Shown one piece after another: positions 42,580 to 54,700 of a stretch of DNA of 64,000 bases (positions within the stretch are counted from its first letter, which is position 1; each line of letters starts with the position of its first letter). A model generated the notes under the pieces. That model was given only the letters and a program-made list of their open reading frames with translations, made no database searches and was not told where the DNA came from. The translations under genes and the position numbers were made by a program. The stretch covers positions 1,984,001-2,048,000 of the forward strand of contig OZ210885.1 of assembly GCA_964658305.1 (NCBI GenBank). Reading direction: 5' to 3'. Origin of the DNA: Leptogorgia sarmentosa. Taxonomy: Eukaryota.

Positions 42580-45456
42580 GCACAGTAATGTAATTATTAT
42601 TCACTTTAGTTTGACGAACTTGATATTTCTGTGCTACTGGGATTTCATTTTTGTTTACTGTATTATGTAAAAAAAGCAAATCAGGGTAGAAGTACTGTGA
42701 TATACAGCAAAGTGATTTCGTTTTTAATGAATACATAAGTACTTATGTGGGTTCCGTGTTTTGGGGGGCAACCTGTACAACGATAATGCAGTTAAGAATG
42801 TCAAGTTAGGGTGGGACAGGAGTTGCTCTCAGGCAGGATTCATTCATGTTTGTACAGTATAAAACTATATTGTAAATTGAAGACGATGCCTAGATGGATG
42901 CACAATAAAAGATTTGGTTGTTTACACAACATAATGTTCGATCTTCATGTATGTTGAAATCAAATTTATAAATTACTAGATATATATATGGCACTGAAAA
43001 ATGCAAAATTATAACACTATTTAAAACCGCCTTATACCTGTATCGGCGTTAATTGTCACAAGGTTGTAACCACGACCATGTGGCGAATAGTCTTTACCGT
43101 TGACCTGGATTATGCCAAGACCACATCCTGTGGTTTTTCCTGAATCATCACAAGCTTCACTTCTAATGTGGATATTCAGGTATCCTGCGTTAAATTACAA
43201 AAGGTCACTATATTAATAGTGAATTAAGTCTAAATCAACCATCAATCTATTTATTTTTCTCAAACGTTTTCTATCGAAAATCAATCCTACCACACACCAA
43301 TTCTATTAGACTGACTTATTTTTCAAATTTTCAATATTTTAAATTAAGAAAGTGATATCTCACGTTATTCGTCAGTTTCGCACCCCCTAAATATTTATAG
43401 CTAATGTACCTCTTTTATCGTCCTTGGATGTTTCCGATGAGCCATCCATTGTATTAAATTCCTAACGCAAAAATGACCGCAAATTGTAATGATAATAAAT
43501 AATAGTAAATAATATAAACACAGTGCTGTAGATTGTGATTAAAAAATAAATCTGTCAATAATGTCCCACTATATATTCGATTAAAATTATTGTAATTCCA
43601 GCATTATTCTTTTTAGTCAAAACGTACATTCATTCATTGCTTGCAAAAAAGATTATTTTTGTGAATATTTTTAATTTATGTGAATGATTAATATAATTAT
43701 ATATACTAGGTATGAAATAATATATACTCACAGTTTTTACATTTTGATAAAGAGTCCACTCTCCACTTCCACGACTTTCTATTTGTTCAGTTTTATTGCT
43801 GAGCTGGCAATTTATTGCATATTTATTAGAGTTGGGACGGTAGTTGTAAGCCACACAGGTTGATTTTTGAAGACACCATAAAGAACATTCAACTTTGGAA
43901 TGAACAACGTGACTGGATATGATATCTTCTGGGGCCAATGACTCGACTGTTTTATAAAAATAAATTTCATATCAATTTACCTTTAATATAATGTGACCTG
44001 GCCTTAAAAATCTCTCTCAAAAGTTGCTATTTATCTTTTTTTAAATGCTTGGCGTCATTTTCAAGTCTTGAAGCGGTAAAATGGCTACTAGCTACAACAA
44101 ACCAACAATTTTTTTAAGGTAGCTAAGTGATAAAAATACTTCAGTCATATATTTCCCGAATGAATTATAGCGTGTTTCCTCATTTGATTTGAAATAGAAA
44201 TGGATTTCATGTGATTTTATTGGTAAATTGATGGATTGTTATATTTAGTTAAATTGTAATAAATAAATTATTTCGTTGAAAGTTTACCGTCATTTATTTT
44301 TAATGTTTTTTCAGCCCTTTCAAGACGTTATTCTCGCATTTTTTGTTAATAATTTTTTATTTGTTTAATTTGTTTTAATTGTTGATTATTAATATCACAG
44401 TTTTATTAAAGTTATGCAAAAAGATCTAGAGTTCGTTTTGTCCTATTAAGGTCGGCTCATACCGGCGTTTTTTGCTGCGATTTTAAATGCCATTTTCTCC
44501 AGTTGAACGGTCTAAAGGAGTTGATCAGTTAAAAATGTTCCAAGTTATGAAATCTTATAACAACTTTGATAAGTAATCTGCTCCTTCACATTATTAAATC
44601 TAAAAGGAGAAAATCGCAGCAAAAATCGCCGGTGCAAACGTGTCACACAGGTATGCGAGTTGAGCATAATTGTATGATATAAATCATGATACAGAATATT
44701 GTAAATTATAATAATTTTAGCGGGCATTGTGGTCTATTTTGGGGGCTAAAATGATAAATTTGCCGGACAAAAATACATTTTAGCCCGCTGATCTAAAGCG
44801 TATACCGTTGCATGATCGTTTTTCATTTTTTTATACAATAATTGCCCTTTCAAATCATTATAATAGTAATACATTAATTTTGATGTTCTTGGGCATCATA
44901 AATGAGTCGCTGCGCTCGGGCTAAAATGAGTCTGAGTCGGGCCAAAAACATATTTATGCCCGCGAACATCAACTCTATTGTTATATTATTCTTAACTTTA
45001 ACCATTGTCCACTAGAATCTGAAAACAGTTAGTGTAGTGACAGTACTCATTTTATCTTCTATCACTTCTACTATGTTTGAGGTAACTAAATAATATTAGG
45101 CTATATAATACTGTACTGGTGTGTTGTAGTCAAAAACAAAAATTTTGACTATTTAGATTGAGGAAATTAAAATAGTTTTCTTACAATCATGCAGCAGTAA
45201 AAGAAGCCTGATAGACTTATCATGTTTATAATTGTCTTCGTAATATTATATTTTTACGATGTATATGCATTTGTAAATGAAAAGCAATTAACAAAATGAG
45301 TCCATATGTCTGCAGTTAACGTTGACACCTACCATGATCTTCTACCTTCATGAAGTATTTGTGAGATTTCAAAAATGAATCTGTCTTATGTCCGTCAACC
45401 GCCACAGAACAAAATAGAATATCCAAAAACGATAAATGCAATATAATACAAAGCAT
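40199..45456 (-). CDS. G6: intact secreted PAN/Apple + ILEI/PANDER-domain protein (287 aa)
   Basis: Exons 45456-45333, 43946-43732, 43461-43410, 43184-43038, 41583-41493, 41052-40884, 40264-40199 sum to 864 nt. Splice sites are canonical and I saw no internal stop. Hydrophobic N-terminus MLCIILHLSFLDILFCSVAVDG. Confidence 0.88.
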
Positions 45457-45458
45457 TG
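42721..45458. repeat. 2.7-kb tandem partial duplication (second copy ~51458-58473, interrupted by a 4.3-kb transposon)
   Basis: Both copies begin tttttaatgaatacataag and end ...acaaagcattg; near-identical in between. Confidence 0.95.
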
Positions 45459-46397
45459 ACTCGTTTGGTGAATTTCATTGCGCATGCGCGTACGTCAAAA
45501 TTTGTTTTCTTCGTTTTTTCAACATCCCAGACATTGTGAAAGTGTTAAAAAGCAAGAATAGTCAAGGAAGAACCGAAAACAATTTTTTTGAGTGAAGAAA
45601 ACCGAAAATAATTTTGTCAAGCGCATTGCGCATGCGCGTACGTCAAAATTTGTTCTCTTCGTTGTTTTCAACATCCCAGACATTGTGAAAGCGTTAAAAA
45701 GCAAGAATAGTCAAGGAAATTGAGATAGTTAAGTGAAAAAAACCGAAAAGAATTCGTCAAGTGCCCTACCATCCGCACAGAACGAGTCTGGTAGATCGCC
45801 AGTAGGGACTTACTAAGGCAACCGGAACGCATCGGGGATGCCCGCTATATCTTGACTGGTACAAATGCATGACTTTGACATTCAGGAACACTCAGAGAGC
45901 AGGGAGATGCAGATCGGCCCCTAGACCATATGTGATAAGCACCTTGTCCTTTAGCGAAAGGCAATGTCGTAGCATGAGAACCAATAAGCTATATTCCGGA
46001 TTTGTATTTAACTACGTCACACTCTTGTGGTGTGGTTGATGTGGGACTCGTTTGGTGAATTTCATTGCGCATGCGCGTACGTCAAAATTTGTTTTCTTCG
46101 TTTTTTCAACATCCCAGACATTGTGAAAGTGTTAAAAGCAAGAATAGTCAAGGAAGAACCGAAAACAATTTTTTTGAGTGAAGAAAACCGAAAATAATTT
46201 TGTCAAGCGCATTGCGCATGCGCGTACGTCAAAATTTGTTCTCTTCGTTGTTTTCAACATCCCAGACATTGTAAAGTGTTAAAAAGCAAGAATAGTATAC
46301 TATTTCTCAATGCTCGACTTCATGCTCAGTTTATTTAAGGTATGGCAATGTTGATCAGCGCCAGCGTCCAACCTGATCCTTTTTGTCTATACGCCCA

Positions 46398-46648
46398 TCC
46401 AATCCTCATTCCTAAACCCAATCCTCATTCCTTAATCCAATCCTCATTCCTTAACCCAATCCTCATTCCTTAACCCAATCCTCATTCCTCATTCCTTAAC
46501 CCAATCCTCATTCCTTAACCCAATCCTCATTCCTTAACCCAATCCTCATTCCTTAACCGAATCCTCATTCCTTAACCCAATCCTCATTCCTTAACCCAAT
46601 CCTCATTCCTTAACCCAATACTCATTCCTTAACCCAATACTCATTCCG
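46398..46648. repeat. 19-bp tandem repeat (ccaatcctcattccttaac), about 13 copies
   Basis: Direct reading. Confidence 0.92.
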
Positions 46649-47274
46649 TAACCCCCCAAACTAAATTTCCTCCTGAACGCTGGGCGGTCAGAGTCATACG
46701 ACATTTGTTGGTAGGTTCCTTTAAAATGCTGAAAATAGGGGAAAACCGAGACCCTAAGTTCAATCCAAGTTAAAACTTCCACATGATTGGGAAAAGGATT
46801 GCACGAGGCCATCGCCGTCCACGATTGGACATGATTATGCCGTTCCCCACACATGGAACGTCCGGGGATCCCGTATGAGTATTGACATCTCCCAACGCCA
46901 GGCCTTTTTCTACCTGGGAAACGTGTGCAACACGATCCTGCTTGGGCGTCATATCCTTACCGACCAACACGGGGTTGCCGGAAGAATTAACCCATTGCAT
47001 GACAGGCATCTGCGCCACCGATTCCTCGAGTTGTTCTTCAAATCAGACACTTACGGTAGCGGTAGGTACCCGTCCCTACAACAAACAAACGAAGTCCCTA
47101 GATCTGACCCCGAAAAGGTCGGCAAGGACATGATCGCCAAGACCCCGCGAACGCAGGGAGGGCTTGCTGAGATACCCTGTTTCAAAGCGCTCATATCCCC
47201 AGACCCGCAGGAAAAGACCGAGTGGACCCCACCTTCAGGTTCCTGTGTAGAAGGAACCACCGCAATGTCGCGCT

Positions 47275-49007
47275 GGCGAACGCTCGCCCGTATAACCTGT
47301 ATAAACTCGTCCCTGACGAAACCTCGCCCACATCAACCACTGTAATTGCTGTGTTGCGAAATCTCGCCCGGACAGCATCTATAAGCTGGTCGATCGCGAA
47401 ATCTCGCGCCTATTGACGACGGCAAACTCGTGCCTGGCGAAACCTCGCCCACGTCAACCACTGTAATTGCTGTGTGGCTAAATCTCGCCCCCACAGCATC
47501 TATAAGCTGGTCGCTCGCGAAATTTCGCGCCTATTGACGACGGCAAACTCGTGCCTGGCAAAACCTCGCCCAAGCCAACCACTGTAATTGCTGTGTGGCG
47601 AAATCTCGCCGCCGCAGCATCTATAAGTTGGTCGCTTGCGAAATCTCGCGCCTATTGACGACGGCAAACTCGTGCCTGGCAAAACCTCGCCCAAGCCAAC
47701 CACTGTAATTGCTGTGTGGCGAAATCTCGCCCCCACATCATCTATAAGCTCGTCGCTCGCGAAATCTCGCGCCTATTGACGAGTGTAAACTCGTGCCTGG
47801 CGAAACATCGCCCACACCAACCACCGTGATTGCTTTGTGGCGAAATCTCGCCCCCACAGCATCTATAAGCTGGTCGCTCGCGAAATCTCGCGCCTATTGA
47901 CGACGGCAAATTCGTGCCTGGCGAAACCTCCCGTAAGGTCAGAGTATTGACATCTCCCAACGCCAGGCCTTTTGCTACGTGGGAAACGTGTGCAATAAGA
48001 TCCTGATTGGGCGTCATATCCTTACCGACCAACACGGGGTTGCCGGAAGAATTAACCCATTGCATGACAGGCATCTACGCCACCGATTCCTCGAGTTGTT
48101 CTTCAAATCGGACACTTACGGTAGCGGTAGGTACCCGTCCCTACAACAAACAAACGAAGTCCCTAGATCTGACCCCGAAAAGGTCGGCAAGGACATGATC
48201 GCCAAGACCCCGCGAACGCAGGGAGGGCTTGCTGAGATACCCTGTTTCAAACCGCTCATATCCCCGGACCCGCAGGAAAAGACCGAGTGGACCCCACCTT
48301 CAGGTTCCTGTGTAGAAGGAACCACTGCAATGTCGCTCTGGCGAACGCTCGCCCATATAACCTCTATAAACTCGTCCCTGACGAAACCTCGCCCACCTCA
48401 ACCACTGTATAATTGCTGTGTGGCGAAATCTTGCCCGGACAGCATCTATAAGCTGCTCGCTCGCGAAGTCTCGCGCCTATTGACGACGGCAAACTCGTGC
48501 CTGGCGAAACCTCGCCCACATCAACCACTGTAATTGCTGTGTGGCGAAATCTCGCCCCCACAGCATCTATAAGCTGGTCGCTCGCGAAGTCTCGCGCCTA
48601 TTGACGACGGCAAACTCCTCCCTGGCGAAACCTCGCCCACATCAACCACTGTAATTGCTGTGTGGCGAAATCTCGCCCCCACAGCATCTATAAGCTGGTC
48701 GCTCGCGAAGTCTCGCGCCTATTGACGACGGCAAACTCGTGCCTGGCGAAACCTCGCCCACGTCAACCACTGTAATTGCTGTGTGGCGAAATCTCGCCCA
48801 TATAACATCTAACTCGTCGCTCGCGAAATCTCACGCATAGTGAACGACTGTATCAGCTCGAGCCAAATTCTGCTGAATTTAGCTACAGCACGAATTTAGC
48901 TACATTCTCTGGCGAAATCTCGCCCACAGTAACCACTGTAATCTCATCTCTGACGAAAGCCCGCCGATATTAAGCACGGTGACCTCACCACTGGCGAAAT
49001 CTCGCCC
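47275..49007. repeat. Two arrays of ~40-bp-periodic palindromes GGCGA-N4-TCGCC forming a 121-bp higher-order unit
   Basis: Arrays at ~47275-47930 and ~48340-49007, inside a 1065-bp internal duplication (units start 46877 and 47942). Confidence 0.9.
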
Positions 49008-50399
49008 ATATCACACAAGTTAGGCGCGTTCATAACGAATAATTATGCATAGACATCATGTTTTCTCGGCCTGACGAGCAAATCACCAACACTGCATGAG
49101 TGAATACAAAAGCAACTAATCGCGATGTAATCATGCAGAACTTCACCCGAATCAGCGGGACAGGCCATGCTGAAAGAACGAAATTGTCCAAGACAAATAC
49201 AATGAACAGCATGAAAACCTGCCGGTAGAACCGTGATCAGCAGATCGACAATCCAGCGAACGAGAAAATTGACGAGCGTAACGACGGCTCAGCCGGGAAC
49301 CGATGTGAGGCAGTAAAATCACAAATGTCTGAAATGACAAGAGGGAATAAGGATTGTAATTACTTTAAATATTGCAGATCCTCCAACTCATTGTCGTTTG
49401 GCACTGGGCGTTTGGATTTGCCACTGGCGGCGCGGGATCGGCTTGTCCGACTTGAGCGTCCATCGGTTCTTGAAGAGGTTCCTCGGGGAACTGAACGTGT
49501 TCTTCGGCCATGATAGAATTCGGGTGAGTCGTGTTCCCTTCCAACAAAAGATCGCCACTTGCTTCTCAACGGTGTAACTGAACAAGAGCCGAGTTTATGG
49601 CGTTTTCCACCTTTTATAGCTTTGTTACCATTCATGCGCATAATCTATGCCATTATGCTTGATAATACCTTTGTTTGTCCTTAATTTGTTGTTCGCATAT
49701 CATTACGAGCATTGAGAATAGTCAAGGAAATTGAGATAGTTAAGTGAAAAAAACCGAAAAGAATTCGTCAAGTGCCCTACCATCCGCACAGAACGAGTCT
49801 GGTAGATCGCCAGTAGGGACTTACTAAGGCAACCGGAACGCATCGGGGATGCCCGCTATATCTTGACTGGTACAAATGCATGACTTTGACATTCAGGAAC
49901 ACTCAGAGAGCAGGGAGATGCAGATCGGCCCCTAGACCATATGTGATAAGCACCTTGTCCTTTAGCGAAAGGCAATGTCGTAGCATGAGAACCAATAAGC
50001 TATATTCCGGATTTGTATTTAACTACGTCACACTCTTGTGGCGTGGTTGTTGTGGGACTCGTTTGGTGAATTTCATTGCGCATGCGCGTACGTCAAAATT
50101 TGTTTTCTTCGTTTTTTCAACATCCCAGACATTGTGAAAGTGTTAAAAAGCAAGGATAGTCAAGGATGAACCGAAAACAATTTTTTTGAGTGAAGAAAAC
50201 CGAAAATAATTTTGTCAAGCGCATTGCGCATGCGCGTACGTCAAAATTTGTTCTCTTCATTGTTTTCAACATCCCAGACATTGTGAAAATGTTAAAAAGC
50301 AACAATAGCAAAGGGAGAAAGGAAAAAAAAATTTTTGAGTGAAAAAGCCCCAAAATAATTTTGTCAAGGTCAGAACGAGTCTGGTAGATCGCCAGTAGG

Positions 50400-51462
50400 T
50401 TACTTGCAAACCAATACTTTAGTGGTAGATTTAGGGGAACGTCAGTTCTGCTTCACCATTCGCAGATACATGTGCGCTTTGCGAACCTATTTTTGTATCT
50501 GCGAACGCAGATACTATGCTATGACCCTGTTAGCTGTTAGCTGTTAGCTGTTAGCTTCTAGCCAATCAGCGACAAGCTTTTGCTTATAATTACGTAATGC
50601 AAGATGGCGGCGTTCGAGGAGTGAAGGCGATGTTCGATCGGATTTTTGCGAAAATGTGAAGTGCAGTGTTTAAGTACGACGGTTTAAGCAAACAATCTTG
50701 ACTTTGCAGGTCCGTGTCAATGTGCAGTTGTAATTTAACAAAGGATTTGAAACGGCAGCGTGCTGTTTTATTGGCCTTTCGATTTGTAAATTGAAAATGC
50801 GTACTGAGCACACTGTCCAGATGGCCGACCCATGAAGTTATGAACAACAGTCCATGAACGGTTTTGTCACAGCACGCTATATAAAAACTGGATACATTCT
50901 GTTGAAGTAGCCTGTTCGCAGGTTAAATCTAATCATATTCAAGATGGCGGTCAAAATTGAAATAAGGCCAAAACGATATAATTAAATAATTTAATGACAT
51001 TTACATGTAATATTAGGTAATCCCACGATATTCAGTGTAAAGCCATAGTTAAGTTTTATACATATTGGAGGCACAAAGAATTTTTTTTCCCAAGGAATTT
51101 CCTCGTATTTTTCACGAAAGAGTCGAAGGAGGAAGGTGAGAAATGCTGTATATGAGAACAGTCAACACTAACTAAACATCGCATATTTAATAAGACAGCA
51201 TGCTGATTTAGGAAATCTGTTTGAGTATAGTTCTAGGTTTTAATGTTTTGTGCGTTAGGCTGTTAGCTTTGGGGTTCGATTAGTTTCATATTTAGGGTTA
51301 GCTTTAGTTTATGTTCATTTATTGCTTACAAACCAATACTTTAGCGGTAGATTTAAGCGCAACCTGGACTTTTTAGCATGTCCGATTGCGCTTTCCGACG
51401 ACTCATCCGTCAGTTCTGCTTCACCATTCGCAGATACATGTGCGCTTTGCGAACCTATTTTT
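50400..51462. mobile_element. Unclassified ~1-kb repeat element with direct repeats at both ends
   Basis: caaaccaatactttag.ggtagattta and cgtcagttctgcttcaccattcgcagatacatgtgcgctttgcgaacctattttt occur at both 50407-50493 and 51329-51462; internal (ctgttag)n microsatellite. Confidence 0.5.
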
Positions 51463-51791
51463 AATGAATACATAAGTATTTATGTGGGTTCCGTGTTTCG
51501 GGGGGCAACCTGTACAACGATAATGCAGTTAAGAATGTCAAGTTGGTGTGGACAGGAGTCCATTTTCCGTTGCTCTCAGGCTGGATTCATTCAAGCGTTA
51601 GCAAATGTTTGTACAGTATAAAACTATATTGTAAATTGAAGACGATGCCTAGATGGATGCACAATAAAATATTTGGTTGTTTACACAACATAATGTTCGA
51701 TCATTATGTATGCTGAAATCAAATTTATAAATTAGATATATATGGCACTGAAAAATGAAAAATTATAACACTATTTAAAACTGCCTTATAC

Positions 51792-54700
51792 CTGTATCGG
51801 CGTTAATGGTGACCAGATTGTAACCACGACCATGTGGCGAATAGTCTTTACCGTTGACCTGGATTATACCAAGACCACATCCTGCGGTTTTTCCTGGATC
51901 ATCGCAAGCTTCACTTCTAATGTGGATTTTCAGGTATCCTGCGTTAAATTACAAAAGGTCACTATATAGTGAAGTCTAAATCAACCATCAATCTATTTAT
52001 TTTTCTCAAACGTTCTCTATCGAAAATCAATCCTACCACACACCAATTCTATTAGACTGACTTATTTTTCAAATTTTCAATCTTTTAAATTAAGAAAGTA
52101 ATATCTCACGTTATTCGTCAGTTTCGTAAACCTAAATATTTATAGCTAATGTACCTGTTTTATTGTCCTTGGATGTTTCCGATGAGCCATCCATTGTATT
52201 AAATTTCTAGCGTAAAAATGACCGCAAATTGTAATGATAATAAATAATAGAATAGTAAATAAACACAGTGCCGTAGATTTTGATTAAAAAATAAATCTGT
52301 CAATTATGTCCCACTATATATTCGATTAAAATTATTGTAATTCCAGCATTATTCTTTTTAGTCAAAACGTTCATTCATTCATTGCTTGCAAAAAAGATTA
52401 TTTTTGTGAATATTTTTAATTTATGTGAATGATTAATATAATTATATATACTAGGTATGAAATAATTATGTACTCACAGTTTTTACATTTTGATAAAGAG
52501 TCCACTCTCCACTTCCACGACTTTCTATTTGTTCAGTTTTATTGCTGAGCTGGCAATTTACTGCATATTTATTAGAGTTGGGACGGTAGTTGTAAGCCAC
52601 ACAGGTTGATTTTTGAAGACACCATAAAGAACATTCAACTTTGGAATGAACAACGTGACTGGATATGATATCTTCTGGGGCCAATGACTCGACTGTTTTA
52701 TAAAAATAAATTTCATATCAATTTACCTTTAATATAATGTGACCTGGCCTTAAAAATCTCTCTCAAAAGCTGCTATTTATCTTTTTTTAAATGCTTGGCG
52801 TCATTTTCAAGTCTTGAAGGGGTAAAATGGCTACTAGCTACAACAAACCAACAATTTTTTTAAGGTAGCTAAGTGATAAAAATACTTCAGTCATATATTT
52901 CCCGAATTAATTATAGCGTGTTTCATCATTTGATTTGAAATAGAAATGGATTTCATGTGATTTTATTGGTAAATTGATGGATTGTTATATTTAGTTAAAT
53001 TGTAATAAATAAATTATTTCGTTGAAAGTTTACCGTCATTTATTTTTAATGTTTTTTCAGCCCTTTCAAGACGTTATTCTCGCATTTTTTGTCAATAATT
53101 TTTTATTTGTTTAATTTGTTTTAATTGTTGATTATTAATATCACAGTTTTATTAAAGTTATGCAAAAAGATCTAGAGTTCGTTTTCTCCTATTCCCAGCA
53201 AACACACGACGTCGTTTCGACGTCGAATTTAGGTTGATATTTGGTCGGGACGTCGATCGACTATATATCGACGTTGAATCGACGTCGATAACCTGACCTC
53301 ATATCGACGTCGACAAATTGACCTCGTTTCGACGTTGAATCGACGTCGTTAATCTGACCTCATATCGACGTCGACAAACTGACCTCGTTTCGACGTTGAA
53401 TCGACGTCGTTAACCTGACCTCATATCGACGTCGACAAATTGACCTCGTTTCGACGTTCAATCGACGTCGTTATCCTGACTTAATATCGACGTCGAAAAA
53501 TTGACCTCGTTTCGACGTTCAATCGACGTCGTTATTCTGACTTAATATCGACGTCGAAAAATTGACCTCGTTTCGACGTTCAATCGACGTCGTTATCCTG
53601 ACTTAATATCGACGTCGACAAATTGACCTCGTTTCGACGTCCAATCGAAGTCGTTATCCTGACTTAATATCGACGTCGAAAAATTGACCTCGTTTCGACG
53701 TTCAATCGACGTCGTTATCCTGACTTAATATCGACGTCGAAAAATTGACCTCGTTTCGACGTTCAATCGACGTCGTTATTCTGACTTAATATCGACGTCG
53801 AAAAATTGACCTCGTTTCGACGTTGAATCGACGTCGTTAACCTGACCTCATATCGACGTCGACAAATTGACCTCGTTTCGACGTTCAATCGACGTCGTTA
53901 TCCTGACTTAATATCGACGTCGAAAAATTGACCTCGTTTCGACGTTCAATCGACGTCGTTATTCTGACTTAATATCGACGTCGAAAAATTGACCTCGTTT
54001 CGACGTTCAATCGACGTCGTTATCCTGACTTAATATCGACGTCGACAAATTGACCTCGTTTCGACGTCCAATCGAAGTCGTTATCCTGACTTAATATCGA
54101 CGTCGAAAAATTGACCTCGTTTCAACGTTCAATCGACGTCGTTATCCTGACTTAATATCGACGTCAAAAAATTGACCTCGTTTCGACGTTCAATCGACGT
54201 CGTTAACCTGACCTGAACATTAAAACAACTAATTAAAAATATATATATTTACGTTTTGGGCCCTATAGCTGACGTTGAATATGGATCAGCATATTTTAAT
54301 TTATACCCCAACATACAATTGCATATCAACACTTTAGAAACTGATCTTTTGGGCAAAGTTCGTACCGACGACTACGTTTGCTATTTCAACCTTTTTCAAC
54401 ATGTGATTGATCGTATTTATTAAGACATTGATAGTTTTTAAATAATTTTGAATTTTTAGGTAGGGTATTTGTATAGGAAATTACTCGGTTCGAGAAGTAT
54501 TAATGAAAAATTGCACGCGTGTTTGGACTTTGGCGAAATACGAATAAGGTGCATTGAACTAAAAATACCTGGAACGCTAACTCCTATGATTTTCCCTATG
54601 ATTGGCTGAAGCCGGCGCGCAAGAAAATTAACATTCAAAAGGACTGGGGAGAGTTCGAAGGAGCGAGAATTTTTTCACCCGGCTTGTTTTTGAGCAAAAA

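Larger units (their letters stand above)
45458..50399 (-). mobile_element. Degenerate retroelement with split direct repeats, probably tyrosine-recombinase (DIRS/Ngaro/PAT-like)
   Basis: Repeat X at 45458-45703, 46045-46296 and 50056-~50370; repeat Y (341 bp) at 45704-46044 and 49715-50055. GC-rich interior with frameshifted minus-strand peptides (GERHNHVQSW...EVLTWIELRVSVFPYFQHFKGTYQQMSYDSDRP) that resemble, from memory, the region N-terminal to the RT domain of invertebrate DIRS-type elements. Confidence 0.6.

Noticed and set aside
46398..46648. Interstitial telomere
   Set aside because: The unit is 19 bp with only a partial TAACCC match; not a (TTAGGG)n array.
46875..48533. Plus-strand ORFs of 156 and 184 aa
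   Set aside because: No recognisable domain; they are antisense to the retroelement-like peptides and run into tandem repeats.
47275..49007. CRISPR array
   Set aside because: Spacers recur in a 3-unit cycle, the repeat is only 14 bp, there are no cas genes, and the context is eukaryotic.
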